NCBI GenBank assembly: GCA_963713615.1
Contig: CAVQMM010000001.1
Location: forward strand, 3,808,001-3,872,000
Reading direction: 5' to 3'
DNA length: 64,000 nt
Origin: an uncultured Chlamydiae bacterium
GTDB taxonomy: Bacteria > Chlamydiota > Chlamydiia > Chlamydiales > JAJFMA01
Below, piece after piece: positions 20,546 to 29,806 of this stretch (position 1 is the first letter of the stretch; each line of letters starts with the position of its first letter). The notes under the pieces are model-generated. The model was given only the letters and a program-made list of their open reading frames with translations, was not told the origin of the DNA and did not search any database. The position numbers and the translations under genes were made by a program.

Positions 20546-21288
20546 GCTGGAGCTCCATCCAAAAGAACACGCATCTTTTCTTGTAGTATGCTTTCGAAAA
20601 TTTCCTTTAGCAAATCATGGCAAGCCAAGGTTTTTTCCAAAATATCCTTTGGATCTGTGATGATATTTTTTGTGATGAAAGAGTCAATATCTAAAATGAA
20701 TGCAACTCCATTCTCGTTAGGCTTAAGAGAATCGGATGCAAATCTAATTTTTGCAAAGATGTCATTAAATTCCTTTAGAAGCGTTATGTCAAATCCACTT
20801 GATCCAAAAAGCGAGTCTGGAAGAGCTAATCCAAGACGAAAGTAGTCCGTGATGGCTACGCTCTCGCTAGGAATTAGGAATCTGTTAATGCACCTAAATC
20901 CCACTTTTTTAGTTTCAAGAGGCTTTGCGCAGTCAAAATAACTACTCAATAGTAGATCAATAGATTGAGTGAATTTTTGCCAGCAAAGATACTTTGTGTC
21001 GTTAGCAGCGACAATTCCAGGTCCAATCTGCAAACAGCTGGTGCGTTCTTCATTCCACGCCTGCATCAAAGGTGCTTGAATCAGGGGTTGATCCTTAACC
21101 TGTGAAGATGTGGTCCCCACAGCAAACGTAATGACATTGAGATCGTTCTTCCTGGGGAATTTCTTGCGGATTTTATCAAAGAATTGGCCAGGTAGCGTAC
21201 TATCAAAGCTTTCCAGGGAGAATTTAGCTTCAAAGATAGCCTCTTGCAAAGGGGCGTTTTTATAATGGTATCTTTGGTATGTTCCCAT
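20542..21288 (-). CDS. TIGR04255-like protein
   Basis: 248 aa; YKNAPLQEAIFE, KVGFRCINRF and FILDID pattern recognised by eye. Confidence 0.75.
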   Translation of the reverse strand: MGTYQRYHYKNAPLQEAIFEAKFSLESFDSTLPGQFFDKIRKKFPRKNDLNVITFAVGTTSSQVKDQPLIQAPLMQAWNEERTSCLQIGPGIVAANDTKYLCWQKFTQSIDLLLSSYFDCAKPLETKKVGFRCINRFLIPSESVAITDYFRLGLALPDSLFGSSGFDITLLKEFNDIFAKIRFASDSLKPNENGVAFILDIDSFITKNIITDPKDILEKTLACHDLLKEIFESILQEKMRVLLDGAPA

Positions 21289-21312
21289 ATTGTCTAGCCC
21301 ATTACCCGCTTA

Positions 21313-21381
21313 TTGCTCAGCATTGAACGTTCTGCTGCTTTTCGGTCACCATAGTGACATGAGAGTGGCGCGGATGTCAAC
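21313..21381 (-). promoter_or_regulatory. Copy 2 of the module; probable promoter of the island operon (TTGACA-N18-CACTAT)
   Basis: -35 at 21375-21380 and -10 at 21351-21356 on the minus strand, ~60 bp upstream of the ATG at 21288. Confidence 0.55.
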
Positions 21382-21502
21382 CATCTAAAAACAACATTGA
21401 TACATTGGATAGCCAGGGCTTGCATATGAATCCATAATTCTATCACAGGACCGGCAAACATACAGCCATAGAAAGCATCTCAAGTGTAGAATAGAAAAAG
21501 AT

Positions 21503-21589
21503 CGGAAGAGGAAGGATTCGAACCTTCGTCACCATTGCTGGTGAATCTGTTTTCGAGACAGACGCATTCGGCCACTCTGCCACTCTTCC
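21503..21589 (-). tRNA. tRNA-Ser(CGA)
   Basis: GGAAGAG acceptor, TCTGT-CT-CGA-AA-ACAGA anticodon arm, long variable arm, GTTCGAATC T-loop; CCA not encoded. Confidence 0.95.
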
Positions 21590-21705
21590 AAGTGAAGCCG
21601 GAGTAACAGCATGCCATAGCCATCCCCAAGTTTCAAGTAATTCCGATCTCGACAAAAAAAGGGCATCGGCAGATCATTTGGAAGCCCAAACAAGCGAGGA
21701 TTGAC

Positions 21706-22272
21706 ATGAGTATTTGTGCTGACGAGTGGATTATTCAGATGGCAAAAGAGCATCAAATGATTGTGCCTTTCGAGGACAAGCAGGTGCGCTTCGTGGCCGA
21801 CAAACCCGTGATCTCTTACGGGGTCTCCTCATATGGCTATGATATTCGTGTGAGCAATCATTTCCGCATCTTTACCAATGTCCATGGAACTGTAGTAGAT
21901 CCCAAGGCTTTTGATCCAAAGGGCATGGTGGAAGTCGAAGCTGATATATGTCTTATTCCGCCAAACAGTTTTGCCTTAGCTCTCAGTGTGGAGACGTTTC
22001 GCATTCCCCGCAATGTTTTGACGATATGTGTCGGTAAATCTACTTATGCACGTTGTGGCATCATCGTTAATGTCACACCATTCGAACCAGGCTGGGAGGG
22101 GCAGGCGGTGTTGGAGATTTCCAATACCACCCCCCTACCAGCACGTGTTTATGCCGGTGAAGGCCTGGCCCAAGTGCTGTTCTTCGAAGCTAAAAACCCG
22201 TGCTTGACGTCCTATGCCGATCGTCAAGGCAAATACCAGAGCCAAAGTGGTATTACGCTGCCGACTCTTTGA
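21706..22272 (+). CDS. dcd: dCTP deaminase
   Basis: [22 protein letters not shown] and YADRQGKYQ motifs. Confidence 0.97.
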   Translation: MSICADEWIIQMAKEHQMIVPFEDKQVRFVADKPVISYGVSSYGYDIRVSNHFRIFTNVHGTVVDPKAFDPKGMVEVEADICLIPPNSFALALSVETFRIPRNVLTICVGKSTYARCGIIVNVTPFEPGWEGQAVLEISNTTPLPARVYAGEGLAQVLFFEAKNPCLTSYADRQGKYQSQSGITLPTL

Positions 22273-22334
22273 GGTAATTGCAGAAGTCCTGTGAGATGGT
22301 CAGATGACTTTTAAAGCCCTCACAATCGTGTCTC

Positions 22335-22530
22335 GGCGCGCAGCGTTTTGGAGTGCGTGTCGCTCGCGACCGCTTTGGATTTGGGCGAGCCTATTGAATC
22401 GCGCACCGTTCTTTGGAGGCTTAAACCCCCACAGTTACCCCTAGAGCGAAAGGTTACGTTTCTTGCAATGCCTAGTTCACCCAAATCCAAAGCGGTCGCG
22501 AGCGACGCGCACTCCAAAGCGCTGCGCGCC
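22335..22530 (+). repeat. REPIN-like core element, copy A
   Basis: Arms GCGCAGCGCTTTGGAGTGCG...CCGCTTTGGATTTGGG in inverted orientation around a conserved ~88-bp spacer. Confidence 0.9.
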
Positions 22531-22675
22531 TATTTACGAAGTTAGTTGCTTAAGTTGATGCCTATGGCTCCAAAGCGCTCCGCTCCGAGAGACTATTGTG
22601 AGGCCTCCTAAAACACCGGCAGCGATCTGATAGGAGATTGTCATGCCAGTTATACATCCAGGCTCTCACTCAATA

Positions 22676-23326
22676 TCATTCCGTCGTTACAGTATCTTCG
22701 TGAATCTGTCCTTTAAAGCGTCTGCTGGCTTGGAAATGCTCGATGACGGCGGGTCCTTGGTCTTTCATTAAATCAAAAATCAGGCAATAGGACGCCGGCA
22801 ATTCCGCTACATTGAGGTTTTTAGCTCGCTCAATGGCAATAGCGAGGTTTTTCTGGTCCCATTGATCTGGGAATTCCTTGTTAACCTGTACCCAACTTTC
22901 GACGAGTTCCCGCGCTTTGGGGGTTGCTCCAAAATACACTGTACCACTTAGGAGCTCCTTGAACCCTCTTTTTTTATTGTCGTAATGATGAACGGCGATG
23001 TCGCAGTTGAGCTCATCGAACAACGCTGGGTAACTCCTTATGACTGCGTCGGCGTCTACATAAACAACGGCTTTATCGGGATACTTTGAGAGCATATTTT
23101 GAACAAAAAGGGCCTTATATTGCGTGTTTTTTTGCCAAGAGCCTCGGTTTGGGACTCCCTGAATGTCGTGAGGTAAACCGAATTCCTCGAGGGAGGATTG
23201 AAGATGTTTGATTTCTTCTTCGTAAGGAGTCTGCACAGTATAATACGCGATATAGATAACGTCGCCAAAAATGGCATGCATGCTTATCAGCAAAGTAAAT
23301 ACTAAGGCAGTCGTAAGTTTCCGCAT
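22676..23326 (-). CDS. Exported putative glycosyltransferase (GT-A fold, DxD)
   Basis: Signal peptide; K..FVQ.ML, VVYVDADA, LLSGTVYF and WDQ motifs. Confidence 0.7.
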   Translation of the reverse strand: MRKLTTALVFTLLISMHAIFGDVIYIAYYTVQTPYEEEIKHLQSSLEEFGLPHDIQGVPNRGSWQKNTQYKALFVQNMLSKYPDKAVVYVDADAVIRSYPALFDELNCDIAVHHYDNKKRGFKELLSGTVYFGATPKARELVESWVQVNKEFPDQWDQKNLAIAIERAKNLNVAELPASYCLIFDLMKDQGPAVIEHFQASRRFKGQIHEDTVTTE

Positions 23327-23371
23327 GTTATCGGTCCCTAAGGATGTTGCGCAAAATCCTCACAGTTGTGT

Positions 23372-23574
23372 CTCGGCGCGCAGCGCTTTGGAGTGCGTGT
23401 CGCTCGCGACCGCTTTGGATTTGGGCGAGCCTATTGAATCGCGCACCGTTCTACGGAGGCTGCACCCCCCCCACAGTTACCCCTAGAGAGAAGGGTTACG
23501 TTTCTTGCAATGCCAACTTCGCCCAAATCCAAAGCGGTAGCGAGCGACCGCACTCCAAAGCGCTGCGCGCCGAG
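23372..23574 (+). repeat. REPIN-like core element, copy B
   Basis: Near-identical to copy A. Confidence 0.9.
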
Positions 23575-23626
23575 TAGCAATTGCGAGGGCTCCATTTGCT
23601 GTTACCCTAAAATATCGCAGAAAGAT

Positions 23627-23713
23627 CGGAAGAGGAGGGATTCGAACCCCCGGACCCCGTAAGGGGCCTTCTGTTTTCAAGACAGACGCATTCGGCCACT
23701 CTGCCACTCTTCC
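23627..23713 (-). tRNA. tRNA-Ser(TGA)
   Basis: Anticodon arm TCTGT-CT-TGA-AA-ACAGA, long variable arm, GTTCGAATC. Confidence 0.95.
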
Positions 23714-23889
23714 TTAGAATTTATAACTACTTTGCCATAAAAGGGTTTCTTAGTTCAAGGACGAATACCTTTTTTCCGAGGAACATGGCAGTAAATATAT
23801 TTATCAGTCATGTAAGGCTAGATATTTTTACTTGCTGTGATGGTTGGATTCGCATACACTTGTCGGGTTTTAATGAGAGGATATGTGTC

Positions 23890-24516
23890 ATGCTTAAACA
23901 TCTTTGTGTTTATTTCTATGTTGCTTCAGCTGTTCAGATGACCAGTGCCTTTGGTGCTAATGGTCCAGCGTTCAGTCAGCCGATGGTCTGTGATGGCCTA
24001 GAGCGTCTTAAGAGTTGCATGATGACGATGCAAACGGTGCCTGGAATTCGCAAGCTAATGGCGGAAATAGAGAAGGAGGGGCCGGTACACATCACTGTCG
24101 ATGATCGTCCTCTATCACAGCAGTTTGGCGCGTTCTGGGATGCCGAGCGTAGGGTGATCTGTGTGAATATTTCCTGGCATCGGTCGAATGGGGCTGTCAT
24201 TGGATCTATCCTTTTCGAAATGCACAATGCTCTGGCAGACGCTAAATTTAAAGAGCTCGACCAATTGGCGTCTATGGGGCAAATCGATAGGGAAACCTAT
24301 GTGAAAGAAATGGAACGTGTAGAGTTTGACAATTCGCATGCTGCGGCGGCATTGGCACAACAAGGGATTGACCAAGGTGCTTTTCCTAAAGATGCCCGCT
24401 TACCAACATATCCTTCGTTCGAAGAACACTATCGCATGCAGCAAATCGGTGGACATTGTTACTGGATAGCTCGCAATTATGACCAGGTCGCGCCAAGAGC
24501 CGTGCGACGAAGATAA
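23890..24516 (+). CDS. Hypothetical exported protein with degenerate zincin-like FEMHN motif
   Basis: Signal-like N-terminus after ATG 23890; SILFEMHNA followed by E..EF. Confidence 0.65.
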   Translation: MLKHLCVYFYVASAVQMTSAFGANGPAFSQPMVCDGLERLKSCMMTMQTVPGIRKLMAEIEKEGPVHITVDDRPLSQQFGAFWDAERRVICVNISWHRSNGAVIGSILFEMHNALADAKFKELDQLASMGQIDRETYVKEMERVEFDNSHAAAALAQQGIDQGAFPKDARLPTYPSFEEHYRMQQIGGHCYWIARNYDQVAPRAVRRR

Positions 24517-24780
24517 GCTAGTACCGGGGAAAGGATAGAAAGCGGTTGGCACTAGCGACAGCAATTTCCTATGTGGCGCAGTTATTCCATGTCTGACAAC
24601 TTCCGGTAGCTCTATTTCTAATCACACTATTTTAATTCTTCAGTCATCTTTATTTCAATAGTTAATTCAAATTACTCTTGTATTTCATTAAAATAGTAAA
24701 TTAATTTTTACAATTAAATTATTAGTTGCAATAATGAGTTTGTAGGGCCGTGGTGGTGGTGAAAGAAAGCAAAACTTGAA

Positions 24781-27045
24781 TTGAACCTAATACATGGTTG
24801 GAACATGAGACGGCGAGAAGAAGATAGTACGTCAAACTTGACGATCGTTGATGCGGTGGAAACGCTCTCTAATATTGCCGATCTCGATCCCGAGAGAGAC
24901 ATTGGAGCAGCGGAAAAAAATGACGTGGTCGTATTGGGCAAGTCATTTACATACCGTACTGTGCACTGGTTGCAACAAACTGACGCGGACACCACCCTAG
25001 ATGTCATAAAAGACACATTTCGCGTAGTGCTGCGTTACCTACGTAGTTTTTACAAGGAAGAATATGGCTACCTGACGGATGCCCAAACGGTCGAGGGCAT
25101 TAAGACGATCATGGTATTAGTTGGTGAAGCTGCGAAGAAGTTAGATCGTTTTACCAAGTTATTCCATGGTGCCAAGGCGGCCAGTGTCACGAACCTTAAG
25201 GAATACAAACAACTCCAAGAGTTTTACCAAAAGCGCATTGCTCGCAAGATCGATGAAGGGACGCTCGGCAAGTGGGTATTGGCCCTGACGGCTCCGCGAG
25301 TGTCTAAAGATGCAACAGCAACCGCTGATGCAGTCGGCATTCATGATGAAACGCGCAAAGTCTTTGTTGATTTAGATGTGGTCAAGAAAGACATCGAGTA
25401 TGAGTTATTCTTTTTGCGAAAAGACGATGGTACGCGCTTCTTTAGCCCCTCTTTGTTGCGAAATGTGCGGTTAGTTTGCGATTTTGGCGACTATTTTGGC
25501 GAAGATAAAAGAGATGATCCCCTTGGACGACTGGATATCTGGCAAGACTGGATGTATCAGATTTCCGCTCGTAGTATCCTGCGCGTTGTTAAAAATGATG
25601 CGGACGACTTTTACCGTCATTTCGCTGGCGATCACTCTCAGGCACTGGTTTCGACGGTAAATTATGCCCTGATGGCATTATTGATGGCGGCGAATCCTCG
25701 TAATTTATCGCGCAATCGTCCTGTGAAGAGTTGCACAAAGTACTATGTTGACTTTCAGAACTTTTTAAGAGAGGCATTGACCTCTCTCGAATACCAGAAA
25801 TTGGTTACGTACCCACCGCGTAAAACGAATAGGTTGGCTTGGAGCCTTGTGAATACAATCAATACCCTCTGCGATGGATTGTATATGGATGGTGTTGGCT
25901 ACAGCGAGATGGCACCAGTGATCACGAGTTTAGTGGAAAAAGCCCGTCAGGTAGCGCAGCAGGGAGATGAAGATGAAGACATAAGTGATGCACGAACCTG
26001 GTGGGAATTGATCGCTAGCGACTATGCTGCGATGGGTAAGTTGATGCGCCGCCACCCTAATGGCCCTTTGTATAAGGTTTTGGAGTATCTAAAAGAAGAT
26101 GGTCATCAATTCTTCGATCCCATTGTACAGAACAATATTCCTAATCGTTGGTATGACCTGCAAGTTGGAGAGTCCATCATCGAAAACGTGCGATTGCCGT
26201 CTCCAATTCGGCAAGATTTCATTCATAAAGCTGTTGTGAATGACGAATTCAAGGCAGCTCTTCGCAACTACAAAGAAACTCATGAGCGTGGACATTTGCT
26301 GTTCAATTTGGAGGACAGCACTTCCTGGCTAGAGCATAGCCGCTGCGAAGTGTTAGAGCGGCTGCAAGACAAGGGAGACTTTGCCAACCACCTTAGGGTG
26401 GTAACATTCGCGACGAACACGGATTTTTATAACCAAACAGCCCCCTATCATGAAGCTAGCCATGCCGATGTGTTCATGGAACAGCTTAAGGACCAAATCA
26501 CCGGTGAGGGAGGTGGATATTTCTTTCCAGAGTCGATGCGAGAAGTCTTATTCACATCGTTTTTACCTCAATTGGTCAACGGTCTTCATGAAATGTTTTT
26601 TGGAGGTAAGAATACTCTTGTAAGACGTGAACGTTTGGATTTTATCCAGCTGGTTCAGCTGCTTTTGGCGTTGAAGATTATCGAATTGATCAAGCCCGAA
26701 ACCTTTAGCTTCACCTGTAAAGATGGTGTGGACTGTGGTAGTGCGTTTAGCGCGATGGTTTTTGCGTGTCTTAAGCTCTTCCATGGCGAAGAGATGGATC
26801 AGCGAGATCTGGATTATCTGTATGTGATGTTTTTTGGTCCGGCCTTGATTATACGCGAAAGAACGATGCTGCCAGAACGTTTTAACCGAGCCTTAGGAGC
26901 AATCAAGGTAGTCGCACAGGCTCAGGAGGAGCATGGGATCTCAGCTTTTAGACGAGATCTAGAAAGACATCTGCAACCCCTCTTTGCAACACAGATGTTG
27001 GACGCTGCGATTGCTATACCGCAACCTGTACAAATCCTGTACTAG
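24781..27045 (+). CDS. Large hypothetical protein (possibly CT837-like) with degenerate CX5R-like motif
   Basis: 754-aa ORF (start may be ATG 24805) with SFTCKDGVDCG. The CT837 link is inferred from recalled synteny with lptG/lptF-tilS-ftsH. Confidence 0.7.
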   Translation: MNLIHGWNMRRREEDSTSNLTIVDAVETLSNIADLDPERDIGAAEKNDVVVLGKSFTYRTVHWLQQTDADTTLDVIKDTFRVVLRYLRSFYKEEYGYLTDAQTVEGIKTIMVLVGEAAKKLDRFTKLFHGAKAASVTNLKEYKQLQEFYQKRIARKIDEGTLGKWVLALTAPRVSKDATATADAVGIHDETRKVFVDLDVVKKDIEYELFFLRKDDGTRFFSPSLLRNVRLVCDFGDYFGEDKRDDPLGRLDIWQDWMYQISARSILRVVKNDADDFYRHFAGDHSQALVSTVNYALMALLMAANPRNLSRNRPVKSCTKYYVDFQNFLREALTSLEYQKLVTYPPRKTNRLAWSLVNTINTLCDGLYMDGVGYSEMAPVITSLVEKARQVAQQGDEDEDISDARTWWELIASDYAAMGKLMRRHPNGPLYKVLEYLKEDGHQFFDPIVQNNIPNRWYDLQVGESIIENVRLPSPIRQDFIHKAVVNDEFKAALRNYKETHERGHLLFNLEDSTSWLEHSRCEVLERLQDKGDFANHLRVVTFATNTDFYNQTAPYHEASHADVFMEQLKDQITGEGGGYFFPESMREVLFTSFLPQLVNGLHEMFFGGKNTLVRRERLDFIQLVQLLLALKIIELIKPETFSFTCKDGVDCGSAFSAMVFACLKLFHGEEMDQRDLDYLYVMFFGPALIIRERTMLPERFNRALGAIKVVAQAQEEHGISAFRRDLERHLQPLFATQMLDAAIAIPQPVQILY

Positions 27046-27077
27046 GGTAGACGAATTATGAACTGAGGCTCGTGTGG

Positions 27078-27111
27078 AGCAGCCTGTCATGTGAATGACA
27101 GGCTGCTTTTT
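27078..27111 (+). terminator. Rho-independent terminator
   Basis: AGCAGCCTGTCAT-GTGA-ATGACAGGCTGCT followed by a T-run, ~30 bp after the stop. Confidence 0.75.
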
Positions 27112-27271
27112 GTGCTGAACAAGCGATATGCATTCACAATCGCCTGTCCAGCTATATACCACGCGTGGTATATTCTAGAGATCACTGTCGGCCATAATTG
27201 AGACAAGCCTGATTTGTGCAACCACCATCAAAATATTCGTGGTACGCCTGTCCACAAACAGAGCAACTTAC

Positions 27272-27532
27272 CTATTCATGTGCATAATTAGACAAGTCGC
27301 ATGAATAATGTCCTAAGTCATCGGTGAAAATGGCATTGACCTGCAAGAATTGACGATTCCAATAAATGTACATTCCATCTTTTGTGAGATGAATTTGATC
27401 AGGTGAAATGTCGATGCGGTGCATACCGCTATTAAGATTATCGACGACAGATTCATGAGTATGTTCCGACGCAAAGCCCGAAAAAGGAATTGCCAATAGT
27501 GACATACAGACTAGACCCAATATTGTGCGCAT
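27272..27532 (-). CDS. Small hypothetical exported protein
   Basis: 86 aa; signal peptide; AAGGAG RBS. Confidence 0.6.
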   Translation of the reverse strand: MRTILGLVCMSLLAIPFSGFASEHTHESVVDNLNSGMHRIDISPDQIHLTKDGMYIYWNRQFLQVNAIFTDDLGHYSCDLSNYAHE

Positions 27533-28261
27533 ACTGTCTCCTTAGTGACGTTAGGTTAAACAAATTCAAGAATATTATTTCACATGTTGCGAAAATCGGT
27601 CAAGTTTTACCTATATCAGAGGATATCAGAGGCTTTCCCGCTGTGCGGGAATTTTGAGAACTTTTACAGAGCTCCATTTAAAGGCCTTATTCACCTTTGC
27701 GGTCAGTTTTCGGTCGACTGCAAAAGGATCGTCTGTCGCGTTTTGCTCCTCGGACATGGCTGGCGCTATGCCCTCGTCACAAACCACGACATCCGACCTT
27801 TTTCGTCCGACCGAAATTCTGACCGTAAAGGTGAACAAGGCCCATTTAAAGATGCCTGTACCCCCCTAGAGTTTTAATGAAACTATTGCTTGTTTAACTC
27901 GTTAAAGAGGTGATTGCAAAATTATTTAATCTTTCGAGAATCGATTCTTGGGAAAAAGAGTTCTCTTTTTTTGAGAGAAGACGACTCTGGAGGGCTCAGA
28001 TGGCTTGGCACTATCCGGTCTCTAGAGACACACGCTTTTACCCCTTACCAGGCCCGAAGGGTCGATCATTCGCTAGGGGTAAAATAGTTTGTACGTACAA
28101 CCTAACCGAATCCCTACAATGCCGTTTAGCAAGCGCTGCGCGCCGAGTGATGATTGTGAGGTCCTAAAGCATTGTAAGATAAGCCCAAAGGGCTTGTTAG
28201 GTTGCCTATGTGGCGATGCCATGGCCTGTTGCAATATCGATCCTAGGAAGGGACTGGCTTC

Positions 28262-29794
28262 TCAAAGGCTATAGACATCATGGTATTTGCTTTCGAGATA
28301 TTTGACATATGGCTCGACGGATATCTTACGGCCGGTGATCCTCTTGATGAGGTCTGGGCTAGAGTAGCAACGGCCATGCCGATGGACATTATCCGTTAAC
28401 CAGTTTCTCACAAAGGCGAAGTCACCTTTTTCGACGCTCTTCTGCCATTTAGGGAAGTCTTTTTCGAATGCCGAAAACAGCATGCCGGCATAGATATTTC
28501 CGAGGCTATAGCTGGGAAAGTAACCAAAAGCGCCCAGAGACCAATGAATATCCTGCAAACATCCCTCAGCATAGTTGCGAGGTGTTATCCCCAGTGACTC
28601 CGTCATCTTAGCATTCCACACTTCGGGAATATCTTTAATTTTGAGTGCTCCCTCGATGAGGGCGAGTTCTATCTCGAAGCGTAGGATAACGTGGAGGGTA
28701 TAGGTAACTTCATCGGCTTCGACACGGATCATCGACGGCTCCACTTTGTTAACGGCGCGATAGACATCGAGAAGGCTGGCCTTTTTAAACTGCTTCGGAA
28801 AGACCTCCTGCATGATGGGTAAGAAGAACCTCCAGAAGGGTTTGCTGAGGCCGATACGTGTTTCCCAGAAACGCGATTGACTTTCATGCATCCCCAGAGA
28901 CACAGCTTCGCCGAGGGGTGATCCATATTCTTCGATGGGAAGACCTTGCTCATAGAGACCGTGGCCAGCTTCATGTAAAACCGCCAAGATACTGCTAGAG
29001 GGATTATTGTGATCAATACGTGTTGTGATTCTACTATCGGTGGGATGCGAGGCATTGGAGAAGGGGTGGGTAGAAATGTCTAATCTGCCGTGGTTGAGGT
29101 CATAGCCTATGGCTTTAAGCAACTGATTGGCCAGGTCGATTTGTTGCGTCGTTTCGAATTTGCCTTGGAGGACCCTGCTGTCTATCGCCTTGGCATGTTG
29201 TATATGTTTTAGGAGCTTTTGGACCGGATTTTTGAGTGTTCCGAAAAGCGGTGTTAGATCTTTAGTAGTCATGTGGGGTTCATAGAGATCCAATAAGGCA
29301 TCGTAGGGATGTTCTTGGTAACCCAACAAGTCGGCTTTTTTGCGGGAGGCATCTACAAGACGTTGTAGCCATGGTGCAAAGTTTTTAAAATCATTGCTGG
29401 AGCGTGCTTGACGCCATACTACTGCGGCATCGGAGGTGAGTTTGGTGAAGTTTCTGACGAATGCTGTAGGCAGCGCGGTAGAGATGCGATAGTCTCGATG
29501 CCATTCGCGCAGGGCGGCTCTTTGGGTTGCTGGTAGGCCTGTGGCCACAATGTTGCCGGTCTTAAGTTCTACAAGCTTAGAAAGGGCTTCGCGGTACTTT
29601 CTACTGGTACGTCGCTCGTGTGCTAACCCGGCTAGCAGCTCGCGCTGCTCGGAGCGTATAGCTGCTGCACCGGTGGGCATATACGTTTCGGTGTCCCACC
29701 CGATATGGCTGGCGATGCCTTCGATGACTTTGGCTTCACGAGAGAGTTCGAAGAGATTCTGGTAATCTTGTTTGGAGTTTGTCTTTGCTTTCAT
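28262..29794 (-). CDS. Carboxypeptidase, M32 (Taq) family
   Basis: HPF, HEAGHGLYEQ, HESQSRFWE, IRVEADE, GCLQDIHW and GYFPSY motifs. Confidence 0.95.
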   Translation of the reverse strand: MKAKTNSKQDYQNLFELSREAKVIEGIASHIGWDTETYMPTGAAAIRSEQRELLAGLAHERRTSRKYREALSKLVELKTGNIVATGLPATQRAALREWHRDYRISTALPTAFVRNFTKLTSDAAVVWRQARSSNDFKNFAPWLQRLVDASRKKADLLGYQEHPYDALLDLYEPHMTTKDLTPLFGTLKNPVQKLLKHIQHAKAIDSRVLQGKFETTQQIDLANQLLKAIGYDLNHGRLDISTHPFSNASHPTDSRITTRIDHNNPSSSILAVLHEAGHGLYEQGLPIEEYGSPLGEAVSLGMHESQSRFWETRIGLSKPFWRFFLPIMQEVFPKQFKKASLLDVYRAVNKVEPSMIRVEADEVTYTLHVILRFEIELALIEGALKIKDIPEVWNAKMTESLGITPRNYAEGCLQDIHWSLGAFGYFPSYSLGNIYAGMLFSAFEKDFPKWQKSVEKGDFAFVRNWLTDNVHRHGRCYSSPDLIKRITGRKISVEPYVKYLESKYHDVYSL

Positions 29795-29806
29795 GGTAGA
29801 TCCTGT

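Larger units (their letters stand above)
19203..21589. mobile_element. Integrase-less mini genomic island in tRNA-Ser(CGA)
   Basis: 74-bp direct repeat (19203-19276 vs 21484-21557, 3 mismatches) covering the tRNA 3' half from the anticodon loop; AT-rich three-gene cargo. Confidence 0.85.

Noticed and set aside
19518..21288. Retron, Septu or restriction-modification system
   Set aside because: No reverse transcriptase, ATPase or methyltransferase motifs are in or near the island.
22320..22545. Short ORFs MECASLATALDLGE... (also near 23271-23577, 43077-43525 and 52783-53395)
   Set aside because: They are translations of the palindromic repeat on both strands, with frames broken by the variable tract; no support as genes.
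23627..23713. Selenocysteine or suppressor tRNA
   Set aside because: Anticodon TGA decodes UCA (Ser); tRNA-Sec would need anticodon TCA.
27584..27877. Overlapping 70-97 aa ORFs on both strands
   Set aside because: No recognisable motif or convincing RBS; cannot choose a frame.
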